A stretch of DNA of 64,000 nt from the NCBI RefSeq assembly GCF_009914755.1, contig NC_060948.1; one strand, given 5' to 3'. How positions within the stretch are numbered: position 1 is the stretch's first letter; each line of letters opens with the position of its first letter. The stretch is from the human T2T-CHM13v2.0 reference genome, Homo sapiens. The translations under genes and the position numbers were made by a program. Below the pieces are notes generated by a model. The model was not told where the DNA came from. It made no database searches and saw nothing but the letters and a program-made list of their open reading frames with translations. Positions 48,620 to 62,007 of the stretch are shown here, piece by piece.

Positions 48620-51600
48620 ATATGATGGAGCATCAGATTTTACCTAATACAGCAGAACTCCTAAAAAGTTACAGCCATATGCAGGACGGCAGTACTCAGC
48701 ATGGTCTTATGCACAGGAACTAAAGGAAAAAGAGATCGAGTCACAAAAATTCAGGAAGAGGGGGTAAATGTGGATTGTATGGAATGAAAAATAAACATTC
48801 TCAAGGATGTGTGACTCTGTGTCTGTGTGTGTGTGTGTGTGTCTTTGAGTTTGTGTGTGTGTGTGTGTGTGTATGTTTATCCACTTTATTCGGGTGTCAT
48901 AATGAATTGATCAATCCACGTGCTTTATTCTCTTAATGGAAATAACCAGTCTGCGTTGGAGCTGGGCCTCTAAAGTTGTAGAGTGAATGGGTGTGGGATG
49001 TGTTGGGATTCTTCCTACAGGACAGAGTGGGAGAGGTAAAAGCAAAAGACAGCTTAGTTGGAGGCTGACTTCGTCCTGTGGAAGCAGAGATAGTTCAAGG
49101 AAAGGGGTTACTGGGTTTCCAGGGCCCAGTTTGCTGGGACCTCCAAAATCCTTCATTTTGGGTATCATCATACACAGTAGCTAAGCACAGGATGATGGAA
49201 ATCTTAAAGTTCGCTTTCGTGTTGAATCCACATGTTCTTTTAAAGGTGAATGCATGATCCTTTTCTGGGACAATCAGCCTCTCAGGACTTCTGAAACATC
49301 AACGTGAGAAGAAATGGGCATGTAAGGTGTATGGAGGGACTGTGGGAAAGGTGACAGAGGCATGTGGGAAGGCATTCAGGATACGCTTTTGGCATAGATG
49401 ACTAAGGGAAAACAGAAACTTACAGAAGTGAGGGGAAAGGGGGTGGATTAGTGGAATATAAGATTGTTGGAGAATCCATCCATGGACTCTCTTGTCACTT
49501 GATGACCCAGGATATGGACACTCTTGTTGATGTTTACATCTTTAGTTGTTTTAAGCTTTTCTCCAAGATTCTGTGTTAGGTGAGGAGCCAATAACGTATG
49601 TAGCTAACAACAGTACGAGTGCATTTTGTGCTCTTGCAAAGTCTAGTGAGGCTCTATTCTCCCTCGTGATTGGCACTGCAGATTGTATCTGGAGCCCAGG
49701 GCCCCTAAATTTTCTGTGGCCTCTTCAGCATAGTTTGCCTAAGGTTTAGAACGTAAAGCGAATATAGTTGCGGAATATGTTTTGCAAGCCTCACACAGGA
49801 GGACAAAACATACAGCTTTCATTCGCGAGTGGGAGGCTGCTTCCCAGGAACACGTGTGTCTGCACAAGACAAGGGGTTGCCTCTGTCAAGGATGGGGCAG
49901 GAGGATTTCAGTGTCGGAGGCAGAACTTTCTTTCCTGTTCCCAGATGAAACAGTTCCAACACGAGCATCCATGTTGACCACACGCTACTAGAGTGCTAAC
50001 ATTGCTGTCCCGTATAGACTCTGGTCAGCACAGCTTCTGTGAGAAGAGCTATGTTGTTTCAGGGAAGAGGGTTTGACAGTCAAAGTTCCTGAATCTGTTG
50101 TGGTGCCTGCAATATGCATTCTACCCCTCCTGCTCGGTGTCAAAGCAGTTGAGCTTTGAAAATCTATCGCCCGGTTTTGTCCCTGCTCCTATGCAGACCT
50201 CTGAAGCTCTGGAGCGGGAGTCTTGTCCTCCTCTGACTACCGTCCCCCTGACCCACAAACACAGGAGAAACAGGTGTTCTAAGCAAATTATTCTGAAAAC
50301 AGTCGGAACCCTTTGGCCCCCTCAAGCTGCCCTGTATCCTACTGTGTGCATGTCAAAGACACTGTGGTCCAGTACGGTATCCCTATAGCGGCAATGGGGC
50401 AACAGATTGGTGTGTGCACTCTGGGCAACTCAGATTAGGAAACGTCTGGGGACTTGCCTATAACGAGGTCGTCTTAAAACGTGTTGCCCCAAATTTAAGG
50501 CATAGGAAAATGTTGAGGAAAGGGTCTTGCAATGATTTTTCTAGGAGGTAAATAGATAAGAAAATGACCGTAAATAGATGCCAGGGCTAGTTTTGGAGCT
50601 AGCCTGTTTTAAAGTGGTGGTAGGGGAGGAGCTTTTTCCAAGGCAGGTAGCAAACCAGGAACTGTCTACGATGGATGGGCGTGCCACGGGTTGGTGGCTC
50701 AGCCATATTGCCACCCCACCGAGTGAATGCAGCAGACTGGGCTTCTTCCTTGAATCCTACGTGCAATTCAGTCTAGTGATTTCACATGAGATCCCTTCTT
50801 CTGGTATTATCACAGATCGTGCTGAATTATACAGGCTGTGTAATGCTTCTTCCACTGAATATCCGTGCACGTGGGCCACAGATGCTAAGGGCACTGACAA
50901 ATTTGCACCGTGCCTCAGTAACTCGGAAGCACATCTGTGATTTGTACCGACAGGGACTTGGTGTCTTTTCGTGTTTAAAGTAGCACGTGTGTGTTTGTGG
51001 TTGCGTATGTTTATTTCTCTGTGCGGGTTTGTATATTTTCTCTGACTCCACCTGTGTCTCCGTGGTTCCGATATTTTTCCACACTCCCTGCGACAATTTG
51101 CACATGCCTATCTCTACAACCATTGTAGACTTTGTATCTGTGTCTTTGAACATCTGTCACTCTCTCTCCCTTCCTTTTTTCTTTTCCTTCCTTTACACCC
51201 CTTTCATCCTTCCCTTGCTTCCCCACCACACTCTCTCCATCTGTATCGTCTATCTTTCTATTCTCTATCTGGGTTTACTTTCTAATTCTGAATTCAAGGG
51301 CATTGAATTGAAAAGAAGCACTCTTCGTACTTTTATGTGTTTTAACTCATTTGGGGAATTTGGCGTGGTATTATTTACAGGGTTCTCTCTGCCCTTTCTC
51401 ATTGTTCTCCCCAGCCGGGGCTGTTATTATGTGAAAGCTGGTTTCCTTCATCACATCGCGTAGGCTCTAATGATGTTTCGTTTATTTTGATTCTCCTCAC
51501 ACTACATAGTTTTAATTTACCTAATGTGACTGTTTTTTTGTTTGTTTTCCGAGAATGGGTCTTACTCTGTCTTCTAGGTTGGACAGCAGCCCCACGATCT

Positions 51601-52236
51601 CAGCCCACTGCAGCCCAGGCACCACACACCCATGTGATCCTGTCAACTCAGACTCTCACACACCTGGCAGTACAGGTGCATGCCACCCCTCCAAGCTATG
51701 TATTAATTAACTAAATACTTACTTTTTGAATGTGGGTCCATGTTGCCCCAGGCTCATCTGGAACTCCTGAGTGCAGGCAATCCTCCCACCTCAGCTTATC
51801 AAAGTGCTGGGATGACAGGTGTGACCCATGGCCCTGCCATGGCTTTGTGTTTTTTGCTTTTTTCTTCCTCCTCCTCACGTCTTGTTTTGAAACATGCACT
51901 GAAGGTTTCAATTCATGGACTATAGTCTCTGTGCCTGGAATTTCTATCTTTCAACTCATCATCAGCATTCATTGGGATTTTCATATATATATACACCTAT
52001 ATAAGAATACCTATGTACACACATATATACGTATATACATGTATATACGTATATATGCACATTTATATACGTATATACATGTATATACGTATATATATAC
52101 ATGTACACATATGTATTTATTTCTCAAGTTACGAAACGGCTTGCATTCTTTCCTGTGTCATGAAAAAGACTTTGCTAGAAAAGAAAAGCACTGCTTTATA
52201 ATAAAATATTTTATTTGCATTTATTTTGTTAAGGCA

Positions 52237-54006
52237 TTTTAAAAATTGTATGTTTGTTTAAAAAATGTCATATGAAATGATACATATTTACAACTTAAGG
52301 CGTGATGTTCAACAGGTCATATACATTATGCATTGGATACATCCAGCCAATCAACATATGTGTGACCTCACATAGTTGTCATTTTTGTTGTGAAAAAACT
52401 TGACCTGCACTGTATTCGAATATTTTTAGAGAAAGAATATGTTACCACTAGTTATAGTGAGCATGCTGAAGAAAATATTTTTAACCTATTCCTCCTTTAT
52501 AACTAGAAGTATGAGTTCTTCATCCAGCATCTCGTCAGTGCACCCTCTTCACCGCAGTCATTGGAGTCACTACTTCTGTGAAGTCCGCTTTTTTGATTTC
52601 ATATAAGAATGAGATCATGTGCTATTTTCCTTTCTGATACCTGGCTTATGTCACTTAACAGAATGGCATGCACACATTCAGCAGATTCCCACACATTCTC
52701 ACAACTGGCAGGATTTCCTGATTTCTTATTGCAGCGCATATTTCCGTTGCGCATATGCGTTTTTGCCCCATTTTTTAATCCACTTATCAATGGAGGGACA
52801 CTCAGGTTGCTTCCGCATTTTGGCTACAGCAAAAATGTAATGAGTGCAGCAATAATTGCATGGGTGCGCGCACCGCTTCAACATACTGATCTGTGTACTG
52901 GCGGGCGTGCCCGGGTATTCTGATTTGCTGGATCATATAGTGGGTGGTTCTACTTGTAGATTTCTGAAGGCTGTTTATACTTAAATAAGAGCCATAAAGC
53001 TTCTTTAATGCCAGCACTAATTTACATTCTCCCCAAAAGTGAGCAGGGAATTCGTTTTCTCTGCCTCCTCACCAGAGATTAGGGTTTTCTTTTCTTTCTT
53101 TTTTTTTTTTTGTTTGTTTGTCTTTCGGATAATATGCATTCTGACTGAAGTGAGAAGAAATCTCATTGTGTTTTTGATTTGCATTTTCGTGATGGATTGG
53201 GGATAATGAGGAATTTTTAGTGTGTCTTCTGGGCAACTGTATGTCTCAGTTTCACAAATGAGTCTTCGCAGCCTTCGCCCATTTGTTTTCATGCTATTGA
53301 GTTGTTGGGAGTTCCTTATGTACTGTGACTATTCCCCCATGAACAGATGTATGGTGATCCAATCATTGCTCCCATCCTGTAGGATGCCCCTTCTGTATGT
53401 TGAGTTTTCTATGGTGTGGTGAAGCACTTTAGTTTGATATGATTCCATTCTCTATTTTTGATGGTGTTTACTGTGTTCTTGCAGTCACTTTGAGACCATC
53501 ATTGCACACACGGACGCCATGGAGCTGCTTCCTTGTGATCTCTTCTGCTATTTTTATCGTTTCACATCTGACACTGGAGTTTGGTGATAAATAATCCACT
53601 TGTAAAATCCTTTGTGTGGCTATTCAGATTTCCCCAACCTAGTTTATAGAAGATACTTGATTTTGCATTGGGCGTTCTTGCTTCTTTGGGAAAAGGCTGT
53701 GAGCTGCAAATGCAGTGACTTAGTTCTGGGCTCCTGTTGTTTTTCCTAAGCTCTAGTCTCTGCTTTTCTGCCAGCGCTATTGTATTTTGGTACAAAAAGT
53801 TTTGTAGTAGTATATCATGAAGTTAGGTAGTGGGGTGGCTCCAGCTTTGTGCTTTTTACTGGATTGCTCTGGGTTTTCAGGATCTTCTGCCATTTCATAG
53901 CAAATTTGGGATTCCCAGATTGTTTTCTAAGAAGAATGTGTCATTGATATTTTTACAGGGGTTGTATAGAATCTGAGGATGACTCAGGTAGTAGTGATGT
54001 CAATGC
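52237..54006 (-). mobile_element. Truncated LINE-1, unit 3
   Basis: Copy of 11690-13460. Confidence 0.85.
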
Positions 54007-54052
54007 CGTTTAGACAATGTGCGTGTTTGTGTGCACATGCTCAGGGCCAAGA

Positions 54053-55456
54053 GACACTGGGTGTCCTCACCAATACTGAGGTGGGCCTTAATATCCAGCC
54101 AGATTGCCTTCTGGAAACACACGGAATGTCCTGTTCTGTTTTGCCATCTCTTCACATTTCCTCCCCTGTGAGCCCTGTGTGGTCCTCCAGATTCCCTGTG
54201 CGGTGGCCTGCCTTTTTTGGGGTGGGGAGTTGCTGGGTGAATGAGGATGGCGGAGGGAACCAAGCATGTCAGTGGAGCGTGGTGTCATCCAAACGGTACT
54301 TAGCAGGCCTGGGAGAGTCATTCTGGGAGGACGCAGACCTAGAGAGGCCTCAGGTGGGCATCTGTGTGGAGGGTGAGAGATCCCTGGTTGAGCCCAAACT
54401 GAACCCCAGGTAGAAGCAAGCCTCAGGACAGGGAAGTAGCTAGCAAGGGATGATGAGGCAGCTATCTCTTGACCCTGGCTTCCCACCCATTGACCTTAGC
54501 TACTTATGCCTATTAAGCAGATTACGGTTCCCCCATCGTGAAATGTGGGTACCACAGTTCCCTGATGGGCATTTCTCCACCAGCCCATGATGGCCTGAGT
54601 TTCCTTACTGCAGTCTCCTCCCTGAGCCTTGGCTTCTCTATGTGTGTCCTAACTCCAGGACCCACAGGCCTGTCAACCCCCAGCCCTGGGCTGCTTCCCT
54701 GGCCTCTTCTCTGTTCCCTCTCTGAGGGCCTAACTCCCTTGGGTAGTGCTGCAGAATATAGAGCCACAGGCCCTGGCTGATGATCTGGTGGACTGGGCAA
54801 ATTGGTCGTGACAGGTCAGGTTCTGGTTCAAAGCCAATTCCTCCGATGCCAAGGAATGTCGAAGAAGGTCCTTTGCCATGATGTCCCATAGCTGTCCCAC
54901 CTCAGCAATCGTGCCGTAACCTGGGCCCTCACAGTCAGACAACCAGCTGAAGAAGCTCAGGCAGTGACCTGCGGGAAACTCGGGCTTTCACCTGCATGAC
55001 CCTAGAACCACTGGACTGCAGTGGAGCCAGTCGCCCTGTATCCTGGAGGGAGACGAGTCAGGAAGGCGCACGCCAGGCCCAGCTCCCGAGGTACTACCCC
55101 CTCTACTCCTCAGGGAGGATGCCAACGCAATACTCCTTAGTCATCACTTTGTTTCCGAAGTAAATGTTGTGATGAAAGGCAAACTTCTTCCTACCCCTTG
55201 TATTCAGGGTGGCCGAGTTCCTCCACCTGCCTGTCCAAGAAGGAGAAACAGGGCTGTGAAGGGGCAATTTCATCTAGGTGGGCTGAGGTGGCACTCTAGC
55301 CGGGGTGAAGCATGCGTTTCCCCTTCCCAGCTTTCCCGCTGAGACACACCTGAGCCCCAGAAGGACCTCAACCTGACCAGGACCTTAGCACCCTCCCCCA
55401 GACCCAGGCTTTCCATCCTGACCTGCAAATCCAACATGCAGCTTTGAAGGACTTTC
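54053..55456 (-). pseudogene. Second TSPY-family relic, unit 3
   Basis: Copy of 13507-14910 at +40546. Confidence 0.8.
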
Positions 55457-58400
55457 TCATGGTTTCTGAGCTCCTTGCTCTCACCAGAAAGAATCAGAAC
55501 TTTTAAAGTGTTCTTTATGCCAACTTAAATTTTTCATTTTTACTACCTCATGTTTTGGATGAGGCATGTATTTTTAAATTTATTTTCACCCTTATTGTAC
55601 CTCTATGATAAACTGCTTGCTTACATTCATACCGTAATTATCTCTCAGGTTACTTGTCTGTTCCTAAAGATTCACTGAAACGAAGAATTCTATATATGCT
55701 TGTATCTTTCAGCAACCGTATGTCAGATAGCACTGCACATTACTGCAGACATCGCATATACAGGTCCAAAGGTAGAGGAAGAAGAAGAAAGCAAGCGTTA
55801 AACTCTATTCATTCCTAAAAGCATATCAGAAACTCACAAATAACAGTGAAATCAAAGAATGATCACAGCCAATTCCATTACATACCTAGACTGAAATACG
55901 AAACTTCAAAGAAAAGAAACATTAGAACTTTGGGTTTGTAAAAATTTTCCTATATAGATAAAATTGTTGGTAACTGTGTCTCACTAGAAAACGTAAACAA
56001 AAATCCATGTTTTTCATATTTGTAAATATACATAGTTTTATTTCCATCAGTTATGACATGCAAGCAAGTAATAAAGTGAAAGTACAATCAAATGATATAT
56101 GGAACTTCCTCAGTCTTAAAATATTCCATGGAGACTATCAATTTTATGAAAACTATAAAGAATGCTTCATGAAACTACATTGTACAGTGCCATTTACTAT
56201 TTTACTGACATTTTAAATAATCAACAATTAAAGGGAATACGTCAACATTATTTAATACCAATAACGTTATTTTTCTTGAGTAATCCTGTTGAAATTAAGG
56301 ATTTTAAATAAAACATTAAAAACAAATTATATTGACTGATTTCAGCTTTGGATGAAATCATACTTGTGTATTTGTAGTAATGCGAAGCATAACTTTCTCC
56401 TCACAATTAATCTTTTATAACATCGGTGTTATAGTTTTCTCTGACACCAACATTGTGATATCGCACAGGTTTACTGCATGCATGCATTACATGCCTCCAG
56501 AGAGTAGGCTTCAAATATATGGAAAAATTATATTTATGAAAAAATTCTAGGAAAGGGAATGGTGAAATGGAAGAGAATTTCTCACTTGCTAACTGTTGGA
56601 CATGGATTTGTATATATTTGGATATAGACACATACTGGCACACTGTGAGTTTGCCCATGTATATATACACTTATATGAGAAACCCATAATATATGGGTTG
56701 TGTAATCTTTTAATTAATCCATAATTGTATGTGTGTGAAATTAGATAAGCGGTTACCTTTTCTTTACTCAATTTGATGGAAAGCCAAAAAACTCTGTCCA
56801 CCTTCATTTCAATTAATCCAATACTGTTAACTGCTGGTAGCTTCATTCTCCTTGTTCTCTTACGGCAACCGGAAAGTTAATTCTCGCTCTAATTTGGCTT
56901 TCAAGGTGCGATCAACAAGAGTGTCACCTTGCTGTGGATTGTGACCTCTGACTCCACCTCTGTCTTCCTTTTGCAGTCCTACCTTTGCATAGGTAACAAA
57001 CTTTGTACATGGTTAAAAGGATAAAAGTTCAGTGAAATGTCAAGCCATGCTGTGAAATGTTCCATAGTTTCTATATCTCTAATTGTCCTTTGATGTTATA
57101 GAGGCAAGAAAAATAATTCAATGTTTTTCTTAGTATCTAGTCCAATGCACTCTTTCTTCATAATACTGCAAACAAGGCACTGACATGGAAACGTGGCTGG
57201 ACGTCTCAAAATCTCTTCTCATTAATTACCATTATGTTAATCACTGTTGCCCACAACTGGAATTGGACTTTGAAATCCCCTGGTGGAAATTGCTATAATG
57301 GCTCAAACTACTGGAAAGACTATCTTTTTTTTACCTGAAAATATCTGATGAGCATAGACGTATGCTATATACAGGAACATATTGTACATTAACAACATAC
57401 CATCACTGCCACTCAATAATAGGTATCCCAAACCTTTGAGCCAAACTGAGCTCGGGTGCTCCCACAAACCAAGCTTTTCCCTCCACAGATTTCTTATGTC
57501 AAAAAGCCACAACTCCAGGCCAGGCTTCGTGGCTCTTGTTGTAATTTCTACATTTTGGGAGGCCGAGGTTGGTGGGTCACTTGAGGTCAGGAGTTGGAGA
57601 CCAGCATGGGCAACATGGCAAAAAGCTGTCTCTACCAAAAATACAAAAATTAGCCAGACCTAGTGGCACTTTCCTGTGGTCCCAGCTACTTGGGAGGCTG
57701 AGGCAGGAGAACCACCTGAACATGGGTGGCAGAGATTGTATAGTAAGCCAAGATCAGACTACTGCACTCCAGCCTGGATGACACAGCGAGACCATGACTG
57801 AAAAAAGAAAAAAAAAAATAAAGGCAACTCCACTCGTCCACTGGCTTAGGTAAAAAGTACTGGAGTTGGCTGGGCTCGGTGGCTCACACCTGTATTCCCA
57901 GCACTTTGGATTTTGGGAAGCTGAGTCGGGCGGGTCACCTGAGATCTGTAGTAGGAGAGCAGCCTGGCCAACATGGTGAAGCCTGGCTTCTACTAAAAAT
58001 ACAAAACATTAGCTGAGCGTGGTGATGCATGCTTGTAATCCCAGCTACTGCAGAGGCTGAACCTGGGAGGCGGAGGATGTGTTGAGCTGAGATCCTGCCA
58101 CTGCGCTCCAGCCTGGTCTACAGAGCGAGAGTACCCTGTGAGAAACAAAGGTGAAGAGAACAAGAAAAAAAAAATGAGAAAAATAAGACCCACTGCAAAA
58201 GGTTGCCACAGAAAAGATTAAACATTTCAGCAACTTCTATCTTCTGTCATGGAAGCCAAGGTTATTTGGACCAAACCTCCTGTCTTAGTTCATTTTCACG
58301 CTGCTGAAGAAGAGATACCTGAAACTGGGAATAAAAGGAGGTTTAATTGGACTGACAGTTCCACATGGCTGTGGAGGCCTCAGAATCATGGTATACGAAT

Positions 58401-60843
58401 AAAGGCACTTCTTACATGGCAATGCCAAGAGAGAATGAGGAAGAACCTGAGGCAGAAACCCCTGAAAAACCCATCAGATCCCGTGAGACTTCTTCACTGT
58501 CACAAGAATAGCATGAGAAAGACCGACCCCCATGATTCAATTACCTCCCCCTGGGTCCCACCCGCAACACGAGGGAATTCTGGGAGATACAATTGAAGCT
58601 GAGATTTGAATGGAGACACACCAAACCATGTCACTTCCCAAACAATTAAAAATTCCCAATAGAAGAAGCATTAATTATATCAAAAAGTGGTGGACCAAGA
58701 AGGAACTATTAGCCTCATATCTCAAGAAAGACTCCAGTCAAGGCCTAGGGACTACTCATGAAAAGAGTTTAATAGCCGACTCTCTCCCAGTGGATCTGGA
58801 TTCCACCGGACTGTATCTTCACAGTAAGGGTGAAACAGAAGCAAACCCATTCCTATTTCCAAGCTCAAGGAACTTTGGTCAAAGTTCTCTTGGAGCTGAG
58901 CAGAACAAGGAGGCAAACAGAAAAGATTTGTGTCCCTGAGAAGTCATGGCCACAGGCTGGCTATCACACAGATTGTCAAGCCAGTTCCATATTGCATGGG
59001 TATTACAGAAAATCTCAAAACATAAATTTGTGTGTGGGTTGTCCCAGAGTAGCAGGATCTGGCAGAAGGAAATTTCCTTCTAACCCTCAAAGAATCCACA
59101 TAAATCTTGTTACATTTGGGATTTTACGATTTGCTTCAGGAATGAGAATGGCCTTAATTTTCATATCTTTTTCTACACTCAGTTTATGGCTTGTTGGCGT
59201 CAAAGTTCTGCTTGCTTCACACAATGAGTTTAGGATTTTCCCTTTTTTATTCTATAGAATTCTTCATATATATTGAAATGCTCTGCCTGGGGAAAAAAAT
59301 CTGAGCCTAGCGTTTTATCTCTAGGAAGAATCCTTTATTTCCTTGAACATTTATGAGACTATACAGATTATATATGTCTTCTTGTATCAATTTTACTAAG
59401 CTATATACATAGCTTATGTTTATATATTATATATATAAATGTAAGATACAAATATAAAAATTATGTATAAATATGAAAATATATATAGAAAGCGATATAT
59501 ATGTCTATATATATAGACAGATTATAAATATCTGTCTATTTGATCTAAGTTTTCAAATTTGTAGGTTAAGGTGTTAATGATATTTCCTTATTAGCTTCTT
59601 AATCTATGCTGTATCTATGGTTGTGTACCTTTTAAATTCTTAGTTTTATCTATGTTTTCTCCCTTTTTTTCTAAACTTGACTGACGGTTGCATCATTTAT
59701 TATATTTCTCCAACAAGCAAAGGTTAGCTTTGTATGTTTTACTAATTTTGTCTACATCATTATTCCCACACTTTAGTTTTTCAGAATTGATTCTGTTGTT
59801 TCTTTTCTAATTCTTTATTGAAATATCTAGTACATTAATTTTCAAGTTATTAGAGAAATATTTGTCTGTAAACTCCTATTGTAATATCACTTTTCTTGCT
59901 ACTCACAGATTTAATCTTTAATATTGGCGGTATCATTGAGTTCTAAGTACATTTCAATTCCTAGTATGATAATCTATGAATTGCTGAGAAATAGTGTTTA
60001 CAATTTTGTTGTTCTATTTCCACTTAAGTTTATTTTTACTTCTGCTAACTCAATTGAAAATTCTTTACTAATTTTTAAAATCCTTGAACCCAAGAGATGG
60101 AGGTTGCAGTGAGCTGAGATCAGGCCACTGCATTCCAGACTGAGTGACAGAGTGGAACGAGATTTCAAAACAAAACAAAACAAAACAAAACAAAACAGTC
60201 ACTGGAAAGATAATAAAATACATAAATGTGGGATGTAATATGTAATCGTGATAAAATAAACTGGATTTTTTGTATAAGTTATACATATAAATGTAATGCC
60301 AAGACACTGATAAGACAACTCATGGTCTTATCTCAATACTTAGTGTCTTCATGTAACATATGTCCTTTAGGATAGTTATAGTCCGTTTTCTTTCCAGGAG
60401 AGACAGATGAGAATGCAGAAATGTTAAAGTGCAAGGGACGGAAGCTTCCAGCTGTGCCCACCTGTAACCTGACGTAGACAGTTCCACCGTTTGCTTCATT
60501 AATCATGCCAAAGGCTCTAATGCAAATGTGGTAGAGAGTCACATGTTTTTGTATCTACATGATAGAAACTATAACTTCATCCCTATATAGAAGGGTATAT
60601 AGCATATGCCTCAGTGATAAATATAAGTGAATCATTGATCAGTAGGAAACCATTTTAAAAGTCTTTCATAACAGAACAAAATCCCTGAAAACATTTTCTT
60701 CTCAATCTCTGAGTTTTCTTACACGGCTTATGAATCTCTAGCCATACTAAAGAGATAGTATGCTGCTCTTCCCACAAATTATTCATTGTATATAATTCCT
60801 GTAATCTAATAACAGTACCTTTACACCTCAGGGTTTAAAATGA

Positions 60844-61856
60844 CTCCAACCTTTTTCTGTTTCTCCAATTAAAATAACTTTTTTAAGGTTTAATCTTCAG
60901 TAATTTTTTGTAGTAATATTTTTGAAGGTATTTGACCAGGATGATTTGCTTATATACCTACCTGACGTCTCCCTTTCTTCTGAATACATATTTTATTACC
61001 CACCTATTAGATCTAAGTTTAAGAAGTTGGAATAGGGATTTAAATCTAAATTCTACATTTGAATTTACAGGAGTCAGCGAGTCGGGGAAGTGCCTTTATG
61101 CACAGACCAATATCTGGCAATGGCACTAGGAGACAAATAAGCTTTACCAGTCTCAAAGCCCTGGCTACTACAGTGAATCCACCCTTCTCCTGGATCTTAT
61201 CTACTTCAGCAAAAGAAGGCCACCCACTAAACCAGGCCCTTGTACTTTGGGTGGAAACTCCTAAGTCCTCTAGTCTCCTCAAACAGACAGCCAGGCTGCC
61301 AATTTCCACAATAATAATTTCTATAGCACTGAGTCTTTGGTAGCCTTGTAACTATAGCTACTGATGCTACAGTCTGGTCCCTGTATGATAAAACACCAGA
61401 GCAACAGAAACAAAAATATTGACTGAAGCCTTCTAAAATCTCTCTAAATATACCTTCAATAAATATCGTTTTTTTTTACAGAACGACTGCTTTCAGCTTC
61501 CTGAACGAACGCTTGGCCTTCGCTAGTTGTCACTGTTGAAATTGATTCAAAAGTGTACATTTAACATGAAAGTCAACACAGAATTTCATGTGTCAGCAAC
61601 TAAAATTTTCAAAATGTTGCAAAATACAAATGTGAAACTGTATTTGTGAAATTTACCATTCATTGAAATTATATTTTCATACCTACCCAGGCACAGAATT
61701 TTTTATAACTGTCTGCATGTTCTCCTCATGTGGGGGAAAAACAGCATCAGCAGGCAGAGGAATCCTTTGAAGCTGGAGGGAGAGGTTGCAGTGATCTGAG
61801 AGTTTGCCACTTGACTGCAGCCTGGATGACACAGTGAGACTCCAACTGAAAAGAAA

Positions 61857-61891
<35 letters not shown>

Positions 61892-61956
61892 CCAAAATTG
61901 ATAAGTAAAAAAAAAATCCGTATTCGAAAACATGCTCACAGGCTAACTCCCATATC

Positions 61957-62007
<51 letters not shown>

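Larger units (their letters stand above)
40552..60843 (+). repeat. TSPY array tandem unit 3 (20292 bp)
   Basis: Near-identical direct copy of units 1 and 2. Confidence 0.97.
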
